From a virus (taxonomy: Duplodnaviria; Caudoviricetes), in IMG/VR virus record IMGVR_UViG_3300031953_000029, positions 1 through 48,054 of that record: a stretch of 48,054 bases of DNA; one strand, given 5' to 3'. The notes under the pieces are model-generated. The model was not told where the DNA came from, did no database searches, and saw only the letters and a list, made by a program, of their open reading frames with translations. Both the position numbers and the translations under genes were made by a program. Shown here piece after piece: positions 35,965-43,940 of this stretch. The stretch's first letter is position 1. Each line of letters opens with the position of its first letter.

Positions 35965-38234
35965 TTATTGCCATCCACCCCGAGCCGGGGCACCCTATCG
36001 TTGCGCTAGCGCCGCATGATGTCGAGGCCCGTAACGCCGATGGCTTCGGTATCTACTGGTCTATTAATGCCGTGCGCGAGGGTCTCACGACAAAGGCGAC
36101 CAAAGCTGACATCACGGCGATCCGGTACGCCCACGTGGATATTGACCCACCCAAGGTGGGGACGTGGGACCGTGCGGCGGTGCTGGCGGACCTACTGTCC
36201 CAGCGGCCATCCAAGGTCATTGACTCCGGTAACGGGCTCCAGGGGCTATGGGCGCTCCAACCGGGCGCAACGGTCGAGCAAGTGGAGCTTGTCAATAAGG
36301 GCCTCATCCAGCGCTTTAATGCCGACAAGGGCACGTGGAATGTGGACCGCGTGTTCCGCCTCCCCGACACGATCAACTGGCCCAATGCGCTCAAACGTGC
36401 CGCTGGGCGCGAACCTGTCATGGCGTCCCTACTTCTCGATGAGCCGGGGCTTACCTATGAGATTGGTTCGCTTCTGGCTGCATGGCCGTACGTGGCACCC
36501 GTGGCGCGCGCTGGCGCGGATGAGATTGACCCCATCCTGTATGAGATTATCTCACTGCCCGCACGTGCCAGCGCTGCGACGGCTGATCTGGTTATGCACC
36601 CGGCAGGGGCGGACCGATCGGTTGATGTGTCGCGCGCTGTGACCGCCATGGCCCGTGATGGCCTATCGGACTCCGAGATTATGGGGGTCATTCTCAACCC
36701 TGCTCTCCCCATCTCTGGTCATTGCCTTGACCAGAAGGACCCGGAGCGGGCCGCACGTCGCAAGTGCAGTCTGGCCGCTACTCACCGATTTGACCCAGAG
36801 CGCATGTTCCCTGACGAGCCTGTGGTCCATGCGGGCGTGCTTACCGAGCCGCCTGTCAGAACCAAGGCTAAGCTAGGTGGGTATGGATCGCGGGACATTC
36901 CAACCACGAACGGTATTCTCCCGGTCGAAGATCAGATGGACCACTTTGCGGGTTGCGTCTACATTAAGAAACACAAGCTGGTCATGATGCCCGATGGGTC
37001 CGAATCCGATCACTCGCAGTTTGACGACGAGATGGGCGGTTACAAATTCGTATTTACGGATGATGGCAAGACTACCAAGTCGGCGTGGGAAGCCTTCATG
37101 CGGAACGAACGATACGCTGCGCCCCGCGTACATGACACATGCTTCCGGCCCGAACTGGAGCCCATGGCTATTGTCGCAGAGGAGGGGTGGTCGCTGATCA
37201 ATGCGTACGTGCCGATCCAAACGGAATGCAAACCCGGTGACCCGTCTCCTTGGCTGGACCATCTGACCCGAATGTATCCTGTCGAAGATGACCGAAAGAT
37301 ACTTCTATCTTGGATGGCGTCTTGCCTACGTAACCCAGGAAAGAAGTTCCAGTGGTGGCCGGTCCTCATCGGTGCCAAGGGAAATGCTAAAACCATGATC
37401 CTAAACATCATGGAGTATTGCATCGGCGCTCGGTACACCCACCTACCAAACGCGGGTAAAATGACGCGCAACGGAATTAACTTCAATGGGTGGATTCGCA
37501 ACAAGCTATTCCTTGGCGTCGAGGAGGTTTATTCGGCCAACCGTCGGGACTTTCTGGAGGAGTTCAAACCGTATGTGACGAACCGCCGTTTGCCTATCGA
37601 AGGTAAGGGAATCGAGGAATACACGGGTGATAACCGAGCCAATGGTATGCTCACCTCGAACCATTGGGATGGGGTGCCTATCGATGCCAACGAGCGCCGG
37701 TACGGCATCTTTTTTACGGCCCAGCAGACGGCAGAGGATTGCTTCAGGGATGGTCTGACCAGTGCGTACTTCTCAAAGCTATGGAACTGGCTGGACAAGG
37801 GGGGGTTTGCTATCGTGAACCATTACCTGCGCAACTTCCCACTTGAGCCTACATATGACCCCGCCACGCTCTCTACACGGGCTCCGCGTACTTCAAGTAC
37901 GGATCAGGCCATCGCGGCCTCGCTAGGTACGATTGAGCAGGAAATTCTTCATGCTATCGAAGAGGATCGTATGGGATTCAAGGGGGGCTGGATTAGCTCC
38001 AAGGCGCTCGATACCCTATTTGCCGAGAAGAATATAAAGCTAGCCCGTAACAAGCGCATCTCGCCCATACGGGCTATCGGGTATGATCTGCACCCCGGGT
38101 TACCAGAGGGTAAGACTGCTAAACCCGTGCCCCCCGATGGGGTTCGGTGTAGGCTCTATTGTCTCAAGGACGGGCCGGGGTGGGACGCTATAGACCCAAC
38201 GGAACGTTACATGGAAGCGCAGTTGGGGGCCTAG
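35961..38234 (+). CDS. DNA primase-helicase (RepB-like primase plus SF3-like NTPase)
   Basis: D.D, SGNG...W and R..RLP...N primase motifs; GAKGNAKT Walker A-like; VEE, SNH and RRY motifs. Confidence 0.85.
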   Translation: MIIAIHPEPGHPIVALAPHDVEARNADGFGIYWSINAVREGLTTKATKADITAIRYAHVDIDPPKVGTWDRAAVLADLLSQRPSKVIDSGNGLQGLWALQPGATVEQVELVNKGLIQRFNADKGTWNVDRVFRLPDTINWPNALKRAAGREPVMASLLLDEPGLTYEIGSLLAAWPYVAPVARAGADEIDPILYEIISLPARASAATADLVMHPAGADRSVDVSRAVTAMARDGLSDSEIMGVILNPALPISGHCLDQKDPERAARRKCSLAATHRFDPERMFPDEPVVHAGVLTEPPVRTKAKLGGYGSRDIPTTNGILPVEDQMDHFAGCVYIKKHKLVMMPDGSESDHSQFDDEMGGYKFVFTDDGKTTKSAWEAFMRNERYAAPRVHDTCFRPELEPMAIVAEEGWSLINAYVPIQTECKPGDPSPWLDHLTRMYPVEDDRKILLSWMASCLRNPGKKFQWWPVLIGAKGNAKTMILNIMEYCIGARYTHLPNAGKMTRNGINFNGWIRNKLFLGVEEVYSANRRDFLEEFKPYVTNRRLPIEGKGIEEYTGDNRANGMLTSNHWDGVPIDANERRYGIFFTAQQTAEDCFRDGLTSAYFSKLWNWLDKGGFAIVNHYLRNFPLEPTYDPATLSTRAPRTSSTDQAIAASLGTIEQEILHAIEEDRMGFKGGWISSKALDTLFAEKNIKLARNKRISPIRAIGYDLHPGLPEGKTAKPVPPDGVRCRLYCLKDGPGWDAIDPTERYMEAQLGA

Positions 38235-38248
38235 TGGCCCCCTTCTTT
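38225..38248 (+). terminator. Rho-independent terminator
   Basis: GGGGGCC-tagt-GGCCCCC-TTCTTT. Confidence 0.75.
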
Positions 38249-38468
38249 ATGCTGCGGTCATCGCGTACTTTACAGCATCTTCACGGAACTTGCGGTTGAA
38301 CATCTTGGCGAAGGTAGCGTCGAATCCGCTTACCTCTGCTGCGCATTCACAGACTGCGAGAGAAACGTCCTGATACTTGAAGGCCCAACCGGAAGCACCG
38401 CTCTTGGCAATCGCAGTGAGGTTAGCGATCATGGTTTCGACTTCGCTCTGGAACTGTTCGTAGGTCAT
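38247..38468 (-). CDS. Hypothetical protein (stand-alone cassette)
   Basis: Own promoter/operator (38510-38524) and conserved 24-bp leader. Confidence 0.7.
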   Translation of the reverse strand: MTYEQFQSEVETMIANLTAIAKSGASGWAFKYQDVSLAVCECAAEVSGFDATFAKMFNRKFREDAVKYAMTAA

Positions 38469-38495
38469 TTGGTATCTCCGTTTCGTTGTTGACCC

Positions 38496-38524
38496 TTTGT
38501 CGCATGTCCTGACACGTATGTCAA
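38496..38524 (-). promoter_or_regulatory. Leftward promoter with operator
   Basis: TTGACA -35; operator 38510-38523; weak -10. Confidence 0.6.
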
Positions 38525-38589
38525 CACCTAATTGCAGCCGCCGTTAAATTTACTGAGCGCCCTTTATCGTCACTTACCGATGGAGTACC

Positions 38590-38840
38590 AACCGGACGGC
38601 GTACCGGACGATTCTATCGGACGTAATGATTTCAATGGGTTAGTTGGGTTTTGTCCGATTGTCCGATTGTCCGATACTTTTGCATATCCTATCCTGCGCA
38701 TATGCGCGCACATACACATGCACACACATACATTATATTATCATTATTTATAGGACAATAGGACGGATCGTATATAACCCCTTGCTGCATATGGCATTTT
38801 TGCCGTCCGACCGATAACGTCCGATAGATTCTACTGGACG
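38590..38840. repeat. Putative replication origin with iteron-like repeats and AT-rich core
   Basis: (TTGTCCGA)x3 at 38651-38674; further GTCCGA/GGAC copies in both orientations; AT-rich run ~38728-38776. Confidence 0.55.
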
Positions 38841-38877
38841 ACTTGCCCCCCGGCCCCCACGGCCCTATACTAGCCGC

Positions 38878-39642
38878 ATGACTTTCGACCTCATCAAAGC
38901 CCAGAACGCCCTTACGGAAAAACAGCGCAATTTCGTGGAATTGTGGCTGGTGCACCGCAATGCACACTATGCGTATGAGCATGCGTACGAGGCGAGTCGG
39001 ATGAACCCGGCGACCAGTTACGTAAATGGGTGTAAGTTACTAAAAAATACTAAGATCGCACCAGTCATCGAGGCGCGCCTAGCTGCTCTTGGTGAGACGA
39101 TGGACGAGGAGACCGGTTTCTCCGTCCAGGCCGCATGGCGCGAGTTCATGGCCTTGGCCTCGGCTAACCCCGACGAGGTGACGGGCGTTCGGGTCGGTGC
39201 GTGCCGCTACTGTCACGGAGCGGACCACATGTACCATTGGACCCCCGCAGAATACGCCATGGCAGTGCGGGAAGCTGAAATTAGGGAAATCAAGGGCGGT
39301 GAGGCCGTCATGTACCCTGACCCCCAAGGCGGGCTCGACTTCGACCGTACGGCCCCCCCTGACCCCGCGTGCCCAGAATGTCGTGGCGAGGGTCAGTTGC
39401 GTCAGGTGCCCGTTGACACCTCAAAGCTATCCCCAGGGGGCCGCGCACTGTTCGCGGGGGTCAAGCCGACCGCCAATGGCCTAGAGATCAAACTGCGCGA
39501 CCGCGACAAGGCGCTGGAGAATGCCGCCAAAATTATCGGTGCGTTCCGAGAGACTATTGACTTGAATGTCAAGGGTAAGGTATTGGTAGGTAAAGTGACA
39601 GCAGAGAATGCCGCTGACGTGTACGCTCAAATGTTGAAGTAG
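38878..39642 (+). CDS. Terminase small subunit
   Basis: LT.KQ..FV, A..AY and LL....I N-terminus; CRYC and CPEC.G.G; TTGCCC-N17-TATACT-N6-ATG promoter. Confidence 0.8.
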   Translation: MTFDLIKAQNALTEKQRNFVELWLVHRNAHYAYEHAYEASRMNPATSYVNGCKLLKNTKIAPVIEARLAALGETMDEETGFSVQAAWREFMALASANPDEVTGVRVGACRYCHGADHMYHWTPAEYAMAVREAEIREIKGGEAVMYPDPQGGLDFDRTAPPDPACPECRGEGQLRQVPVDTSKLSPGGRALFAGVKPTANGLEIKLRDRDKALENAAKIIGAFRETIDLNVKGKVLVGKVTAENAADVYAQMLK

Positions 39643-39655
39643 GAGAGAACGTGCC

Positions 39656-40051
39656 ATGGAATTGCAAACGGGCAAGACCTATCGTGACGAACATGGGAAC
39701 CGTGTCGGCCCGTTGAAGGGCAGGATGTTCAAATGGGTTGATGGGAAGGGCCATGGTCCGGACGCTGAGTGGGGTAACGATGGCAAAGTGCGCATGCGCG
39801 GACCTGAGGGCTATGGCGACCTCATCGCCGAGTGGACCGATGGACCCGTACACACCATTACGCGTCGTGAGATCGTAAGGGGCCAATACGCAGATGTGGA
39901 CGTAGGTGAGCAATTGGAAATCCCGGACTGCAATAATCCAGACCTGACGCCAGTCCGCAAGGTCGCCGTGGCGTACGCTGGCTTCCGGTCCAGCGCTGAA
40001 CTCAAGGCCGCTGCTGCCGTACTGCTCGAACTGGCGGGGGCTTTGGAATGA
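39656..40051 (+). CDS. Hypothetical two-module protein
   Basis: AGGAG SD; modules shared with 3245..3415 and 42419..42784. Confidence 0.7.
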   Translation: MELQTGKTYRDEHGNRVGPLKGRMFKWVDGKGHGPDAEWGNDGKVRMRGPEGYGDLIAEWTDGPVHTITRREIVRGQYADVDVGEQLEIPDCNNPDLTPVRKVAVAYAGFRSSAELKAAAAVLLELAGALE

Positions 40052-40207
40052 GCCGGTTCGTAAAGCTCGGGGGTACGTATTTCCGACCAGAGGACGTTAG
40101 GGTAATCGAGTCTATTTCTGAACGGTCTGACCATTGTCGGATTACCATGACCGACGGGGGATCATGGACGATACCGATTAGCCCCTCTGCGGCTGCGGAG
40201 GCCCTCA

Positions 40208-40513
40208 ATGCCCGAGACTGACGACCTATACGCGATCATTGCGGACCAATCCGAGACCCTTGACCAGTTGCGGGCCGAATTGAACCGTACCCGAGATGGG
40301 CTAGGAGAGGCACGTACGCGGCTCCATAGTTACGAACGGGGCGGTGTTGAGGAAGCGGACAATGGGGACCGTCTGTACTGGAGCGGCGTCTATGACCGCA
40401 TCCGGGCCGCATGGGACCGTTGGGCTCTCACGGAGCTAGGGACGGCCAGTCCGAGCCCATTGGACCTGACGGGCCGACCGGAGTTGGCTGACCTATGGCA
40501 ATCAATTAAATAG
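40208..40513 (+). CDS. Hypothetical protein
   Basis: GGAGG SD; coiled-coil N-terminus. Confidence 0.6.
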   Translation: MPETDDLYAIIADQSETLDQLRAELNRTRDGLGEARTRLHSYERGGVEEADNGDRLYWSGVYDRIRAAWDRWALTELGTASPSPLDLTGRPELADLWQSIK

Positions 40514-40522
40514 GAAATACAT

Positions 40523-40786
40523 ATGAAAATTATCCATAAGACCCTCGATAACGAACGAATCGCCATGATGCTAGACATACTTCGGCGTAATCTCGGGGAA
40601 GAGTTCAACGCCGACAAATTGGTGATCTATGTAGACGGAGGGCAAGTAATTTTCACGCATCCTTCTACAGAGGAAGGGGGAGGTTACTTGTCGTGCGGCT
40701 GGGACGGACCTACTAACGCCCGAGCAGATGATCCTTGGTGGCTAGATCATGCGAAAGCGGATGGTGCTGCCCTACGTGCGTCCTGA
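40523..40786 (+). CDS. Hypothetical protein
   Basis: AGGA SD; overlaps TerL start. Confidence 0.55.
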   Translation: MKIIHKTLDNERIAMMLDILRRNLGEEFNADKLVIYVDGGQVIFTHPSTEEGGGYLSCGWDGPTNARADDPWWLDHAKADGAALRAS

Positions 40787-42371
40787 GAGTACCTTCGACT
40801 TCCGCAACCCCGACTACCGGCCCATTTTCCAAGCACGGGTCCAGCGGCTAGCCAAGATACGTGAGAACCCCGACGCGATGTTGCCGGGGCTTTTTGCGTA
40901 TTACCGTGAGAACCCGTGGGACTTCATTTCAGATTGGGGGATGACATACGCACCCAAGGCCAATGACGGCCAGCCTATCGTCCGCCCCATGGTCCTATTC
41001 CCCAAACAGGTCGAATGGCTCAAGTGGGTCGTTAACCTGTGGCAAACCCAACAGCGCGGGTTGACCGAAAAGAGCCGAGAGTCGGGCGTTACGTGGCTGG
41101 CTGTGGAGCTTGGGGCCACCCTTTGCCTGTTCTATGACGACCTGACCGTTGGGTACGGTGCGAACCTTGTGGAGCTTGTGGATAACCTAGGCGACATGGA
41201 CAGCATCTTGGAGAAGGGGCGGTTCTTCCTCGACAATCTCCCCCCGGAATTTACGGGCGGGTGGCACTCGGGGGATAGTCAGTACAGCAAGGAAAAGCTA
41301 CTCAGGTTCCCCCTAACCAGTTCCCGCATGAAGGGTCAGGGCGGCGACAATATTGGTCGTGGTGGCCGTGCGTCCCTGTATTTCGTTGACGAGTTTGCGC
41401 ATATCCAGCGAGCCAAGGGTGTAGATCAGGCACTATCCGCCAACACCGACACGCAGATTGACATATCGACCGTTAAGGGCCTAGCGAACGCCTTTGCTGA
41501 GAAACGCCATTCGGGCCGGGTTCCCGTGTTTACCTTCCACTGGCGCGATGACCCTCGTAAGGACGAGGCATGGTACGCCAAACAGCTGGCTCAGTTTGAC
41601 CCGGTTCTAGTCGCTCAGGAAATTGACATCAACTACAGCGCCAGTGTCGAGGGCGTACTGATCCCCTCCGAATGGGTCCAGAGCGCCGTGAACGCGGACC
41701 GTAAGCTCGGGTTTACCATCACCGGCCAGAAACGGGCCGCACTGGATGTGGCGGACGAGGGGCGCGACAAGAACGCGCTGTGCATCGGTCAGGGCATTGC
41801 CGTCGAGCAGGTGCCCGAATGGTCCGGCAAGGGTAGCGACATCCTAGGGACCGTTCAGCGCGCATTCGCCCTATGCGACGAGGCGGACGTTACGGACATG
41901 CGGTTCGATTCGGACGGTCTGGGCGCTGGGGTTCGTGGGGATGCGCGGGTCCTGAATGAGAACCGGGAAGTCAAGCTCCGCGTGTCCCCATGGCGCGGTT
42001 CGGCAGCGGTGGCATTGCCGGACAAGGCGATCCCCACGGCCAATCCAGGGCAGCGCAAGGACCGCACGAACAGGGACTACTTTGCCAACGCCAAAGCCCA
42101 AGGTTGGTGGGAGTTGCGCGTACGGTTCCAGCGGACCCATCGGGCCATTACGGAGCTGGATTACAAGTACGACCCGGACGACCTGATCGTGTTACGTGAG
42201 GGCCTCGGGGGCCTGTACTCGGAACTGAGCCAGCCAACCTATACGGTCAACACGGCGGGTAAGATCATCGTGGACAAGGCCCCCGACGGCACGCCGAGCC
42301 CCAACAAGGCGGATAGCGTAATGATCTGGGCTGCACCTCGCCAAGGCGGCGCGTACGAGATGAATCTATAG
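40761..42371 (+). CDS. Terminase large subunit
   Basis: KSRESGVTW Walker A; FVDEFA Walker B; LDVA..G.D and SP..AD nuclease motifs. Confidence 0.92.
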   Translation: MVLPYVRPESTFDFRNPDYRPIFQARVQRLAKIRENPDAMLPGLFAYYRENPWDFISDWGMTYAPKANDGQPIVRPMVLFPKQVEWLKWVVNLWQTQQRGLTEKSRESGVTWLAVELGATLCLFYDDLTVGYGANLVELVDNLGDMDSILEKGRFFLDNLPPEFTGGWHSGDSQYSKEKLLRFPLTSSRMKGQGGDNIGRGGRASLYFVDEFAHIQRAKGVDQALSANTDTQIDISTVKGLANAFAEKRHSGRVPVFTFHWRDDPRKDEAWYAKQLAQFDPVLVAQEIDINYSASVEGVLIPSEWVQSAVNADRKLGFTITGQKRAALDVADEGRDKNALCIGQGIAVEQVPEWSGKGSDILGTVQRAFALCDEADVTDMRFDSDGLGAGVRGDARVLNENREVKLRVSPWRGSAAVALPDKAIPTANPGQRKDRTNRDYFANAKAQGWWELRVRFQRTHRAITELDYKYDPDDLIVLREGLGGLYSELSQPTYTVNTAGKIIVDKAPDGTPSPNKADSVMIWAAPRQGGAYEMNL

Positions 42372-42400
42372 TTGACGGCCCGGTCGGCGCGTGCTAGTCG
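42372..42400 (+). promoter_or_regulatory. Rightward promoter with near-perfect operator
   Basis: TTGACG-N17-TAGTCG; TGAC-GGCCCG-GTCG at 42373-42386. Confidence 0.6.
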
Positions 42401-42418
42401 TTACGAACAACATAGGAG

Positions 42419-42784
42419 ATGAAGATGTTCAAAGTAGGCGATAAGGTCGAGAGTATCCCATGCCCAGATGCGGGCGTTGGGGTAGTGACTGAAGTATGTG
42501 ATAATGGGGACATTAGGGTCACTTTCCCGACATGGTTTGGTAAGTGCCGCGATGCGCCTTCTGCGTTGCGGCTCGTAAGCCCCGCCCCCACTGGACCCGT
42601 CGTGACCGAGACTGTCACCAAGACCCGCATCGTGCCGGGTGTTTATGGTCAGGTGGTCGTAGGGGCGCATATGACGCCGGGTTGGGTTGATATCCGCTGG
42701 CGTACGCCGGGGACCACAGCCGACGAACTCGACGCCGCCGCTGCCGTACTGTCCGCACTGGCCAAGGGGTTGCGGGATGCTTAG
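42419..42784 (+). CDS. Hypothetical two-module protein
   Basis: AGGAG SD; FKVGDKV N-terminus; C-terminus paralogous to 39656..40051. Confidence 0.7.
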   Translation: MKMFKVGDKVESIPCPDAGVGVVTEVCDNGDIRVTFPTWFGKCRDAPSALRLVSPAPTGPVVTETVTKTRIVPGVYGQVVVGAHMTPGWVDIRWRTPGTTADELDAAAAVLSALAKGLRDA

Positions 42785-42956
42785 CACCATCATAGCGTGG
42801 ATCGCGGCTCTGTTCTTCCTTCTTATGGCCGGGGCGTTTCTCGTGTGGGTTCTAACCCGTAGCCGCATAACGCCATCGGAATCAGTCGTAGCGATAGGGT
42901 ATATTGTTATCTTCCTCACCATGGCATGGGGCGCTGCGGCCCTTGGGGGTGTGTGA
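42777..42956 (+). CDS. Small two-TM membrane protein
   Basis: Two hydrophobic helices; coupled operon. Confidence 0.55.
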   Translation: MLSTIIAWIAALFFLLMAGAFLVWVLTRSRITPSESVVAIGYIVIFLTMAWGAAALGGV

Positions 42957-43153
42957 TGTGGGTTGACCACGACGGCAAGTTCCTCCCGACCCATGCGCGC
43001 CTGACTGACCGTGTGCGCGTGCGGTTCCGGGATGGTCAAGAGACCAATGTAGCCGAGCAGGTCCGCTATTGGGCCGGGACGGCTAGTAACTGGTCGTGGG
43101 ACCCTCGTTGGCCGGGGGATAGTGAGATTGTGGCGTACGAGGTGGTGAGATGA
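42956..43153 (+). CDS. Micro-domain paralog 4
   Basis: WVDHDG..LP...RVRVRFRDG...EIVAYE. Confidence 0.65.
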   Translation: MWVDHDGKFLPTHARLTDRVRVRFRDGQETNVAEQVRYWAGTASNWSWDPRWPGDSEIVAYEVVR

Positions 43154-43353
43154 CCTATACACTAAGCCCGGATGGGTTCTACTATAAATTTACCCCCAAC
43201 GCCCCGGCTGGCGAGCGGCTTACCCGTAAGCGCCACCTTGAGCAGGCATGGGAGGTCGGTAAGCCGGAGTTCAGTATCCAGACCATGACAGGCGAGGAGT
43301 TGCGATTCGTGGCGGCGCTGATCGATGATGCACGCGTGGGGGCGGTGAAGTAA
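43150..43353 (+). CDS. Hypothetical protein
   Basis: Coupled operon. Confidence 0.5.
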   Translation: MTYTLSPDGFYYKFTPNAPAGERLTRKRHLEQAWEVGKPEFSIQTMTGEELRFVAALIDDARVGAVK

Positions 43354-43931
43354 TGTATGACGAGCGGTTACGTAAGGCCGAATGGGAAGTTAGGGACACG
43401 CCGCTATCCGTAGGTCGTAACCTAGTCGAACAGTACCACTACTCCCGTGGTGGATCGAACACCCGCACATACATGCACGGCCTATACCGCATCGGTTCGG
43501 AGGAATGCGTGGCGGTTGCGTGGTGGATACCCCCAACCAAATCCGCCGCACTGGCTACATACCCTGATCGGTGGCAGGGGGTTCTCGCCCTATCCCGACT
43601 TGTCGTTCACCCAGACGTGCCTAAGAACGCATGTACTTTTCTTTTATCCCGAAGCGTGAAGATGATTGACCGGACCAAATGGCCTTGTTTGGTCACGTAT
43701 GCTGACACGTGGCGCGGACACACGGGCGGCATTTATCGTGCGTGTAACTGGGAGTTTGTTGGAATGACCAAACCCGAACGCACATACGTTAAGGATGGAA
43801 GAATGATCGCTCGAAAAGCGGGGCCGAATACTAGAACCCACGCTCAAATGCTGCAGATGGGTGCGGAGATGGTGGGGTCATTCTCGAAACACAAATACGT
43901 GGATATTGCTCAATTGGCTCGGGTGGTTTAG
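43353..43931 (+). CDS. Mom-like DNA modification protein
   Basis: HYS, L.RL....P.N....LS...K and VTYAD...GH.G.IYRA.NW...G motifs. Confidence 0.75.
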   Translation: MYDERLRKAEWEVRDTPLSVGRNLVEQYHYSRGGSNTRTYMHGLYRIGSEECVAVAWWIPPTKSAALATYPDRWQGVLALSRLVVHPDVPKNACTFLLSRSVKMIDRTKWPCLVTYADTWRGHTGGIYRACNWEFVGMTKPERTYVKDGRMIARKAGPNTRTHAQMLQMGAEMVGSFSKHKYVDIAQLARVV

Positions 43932-43940
43932 TGTAGGGAT

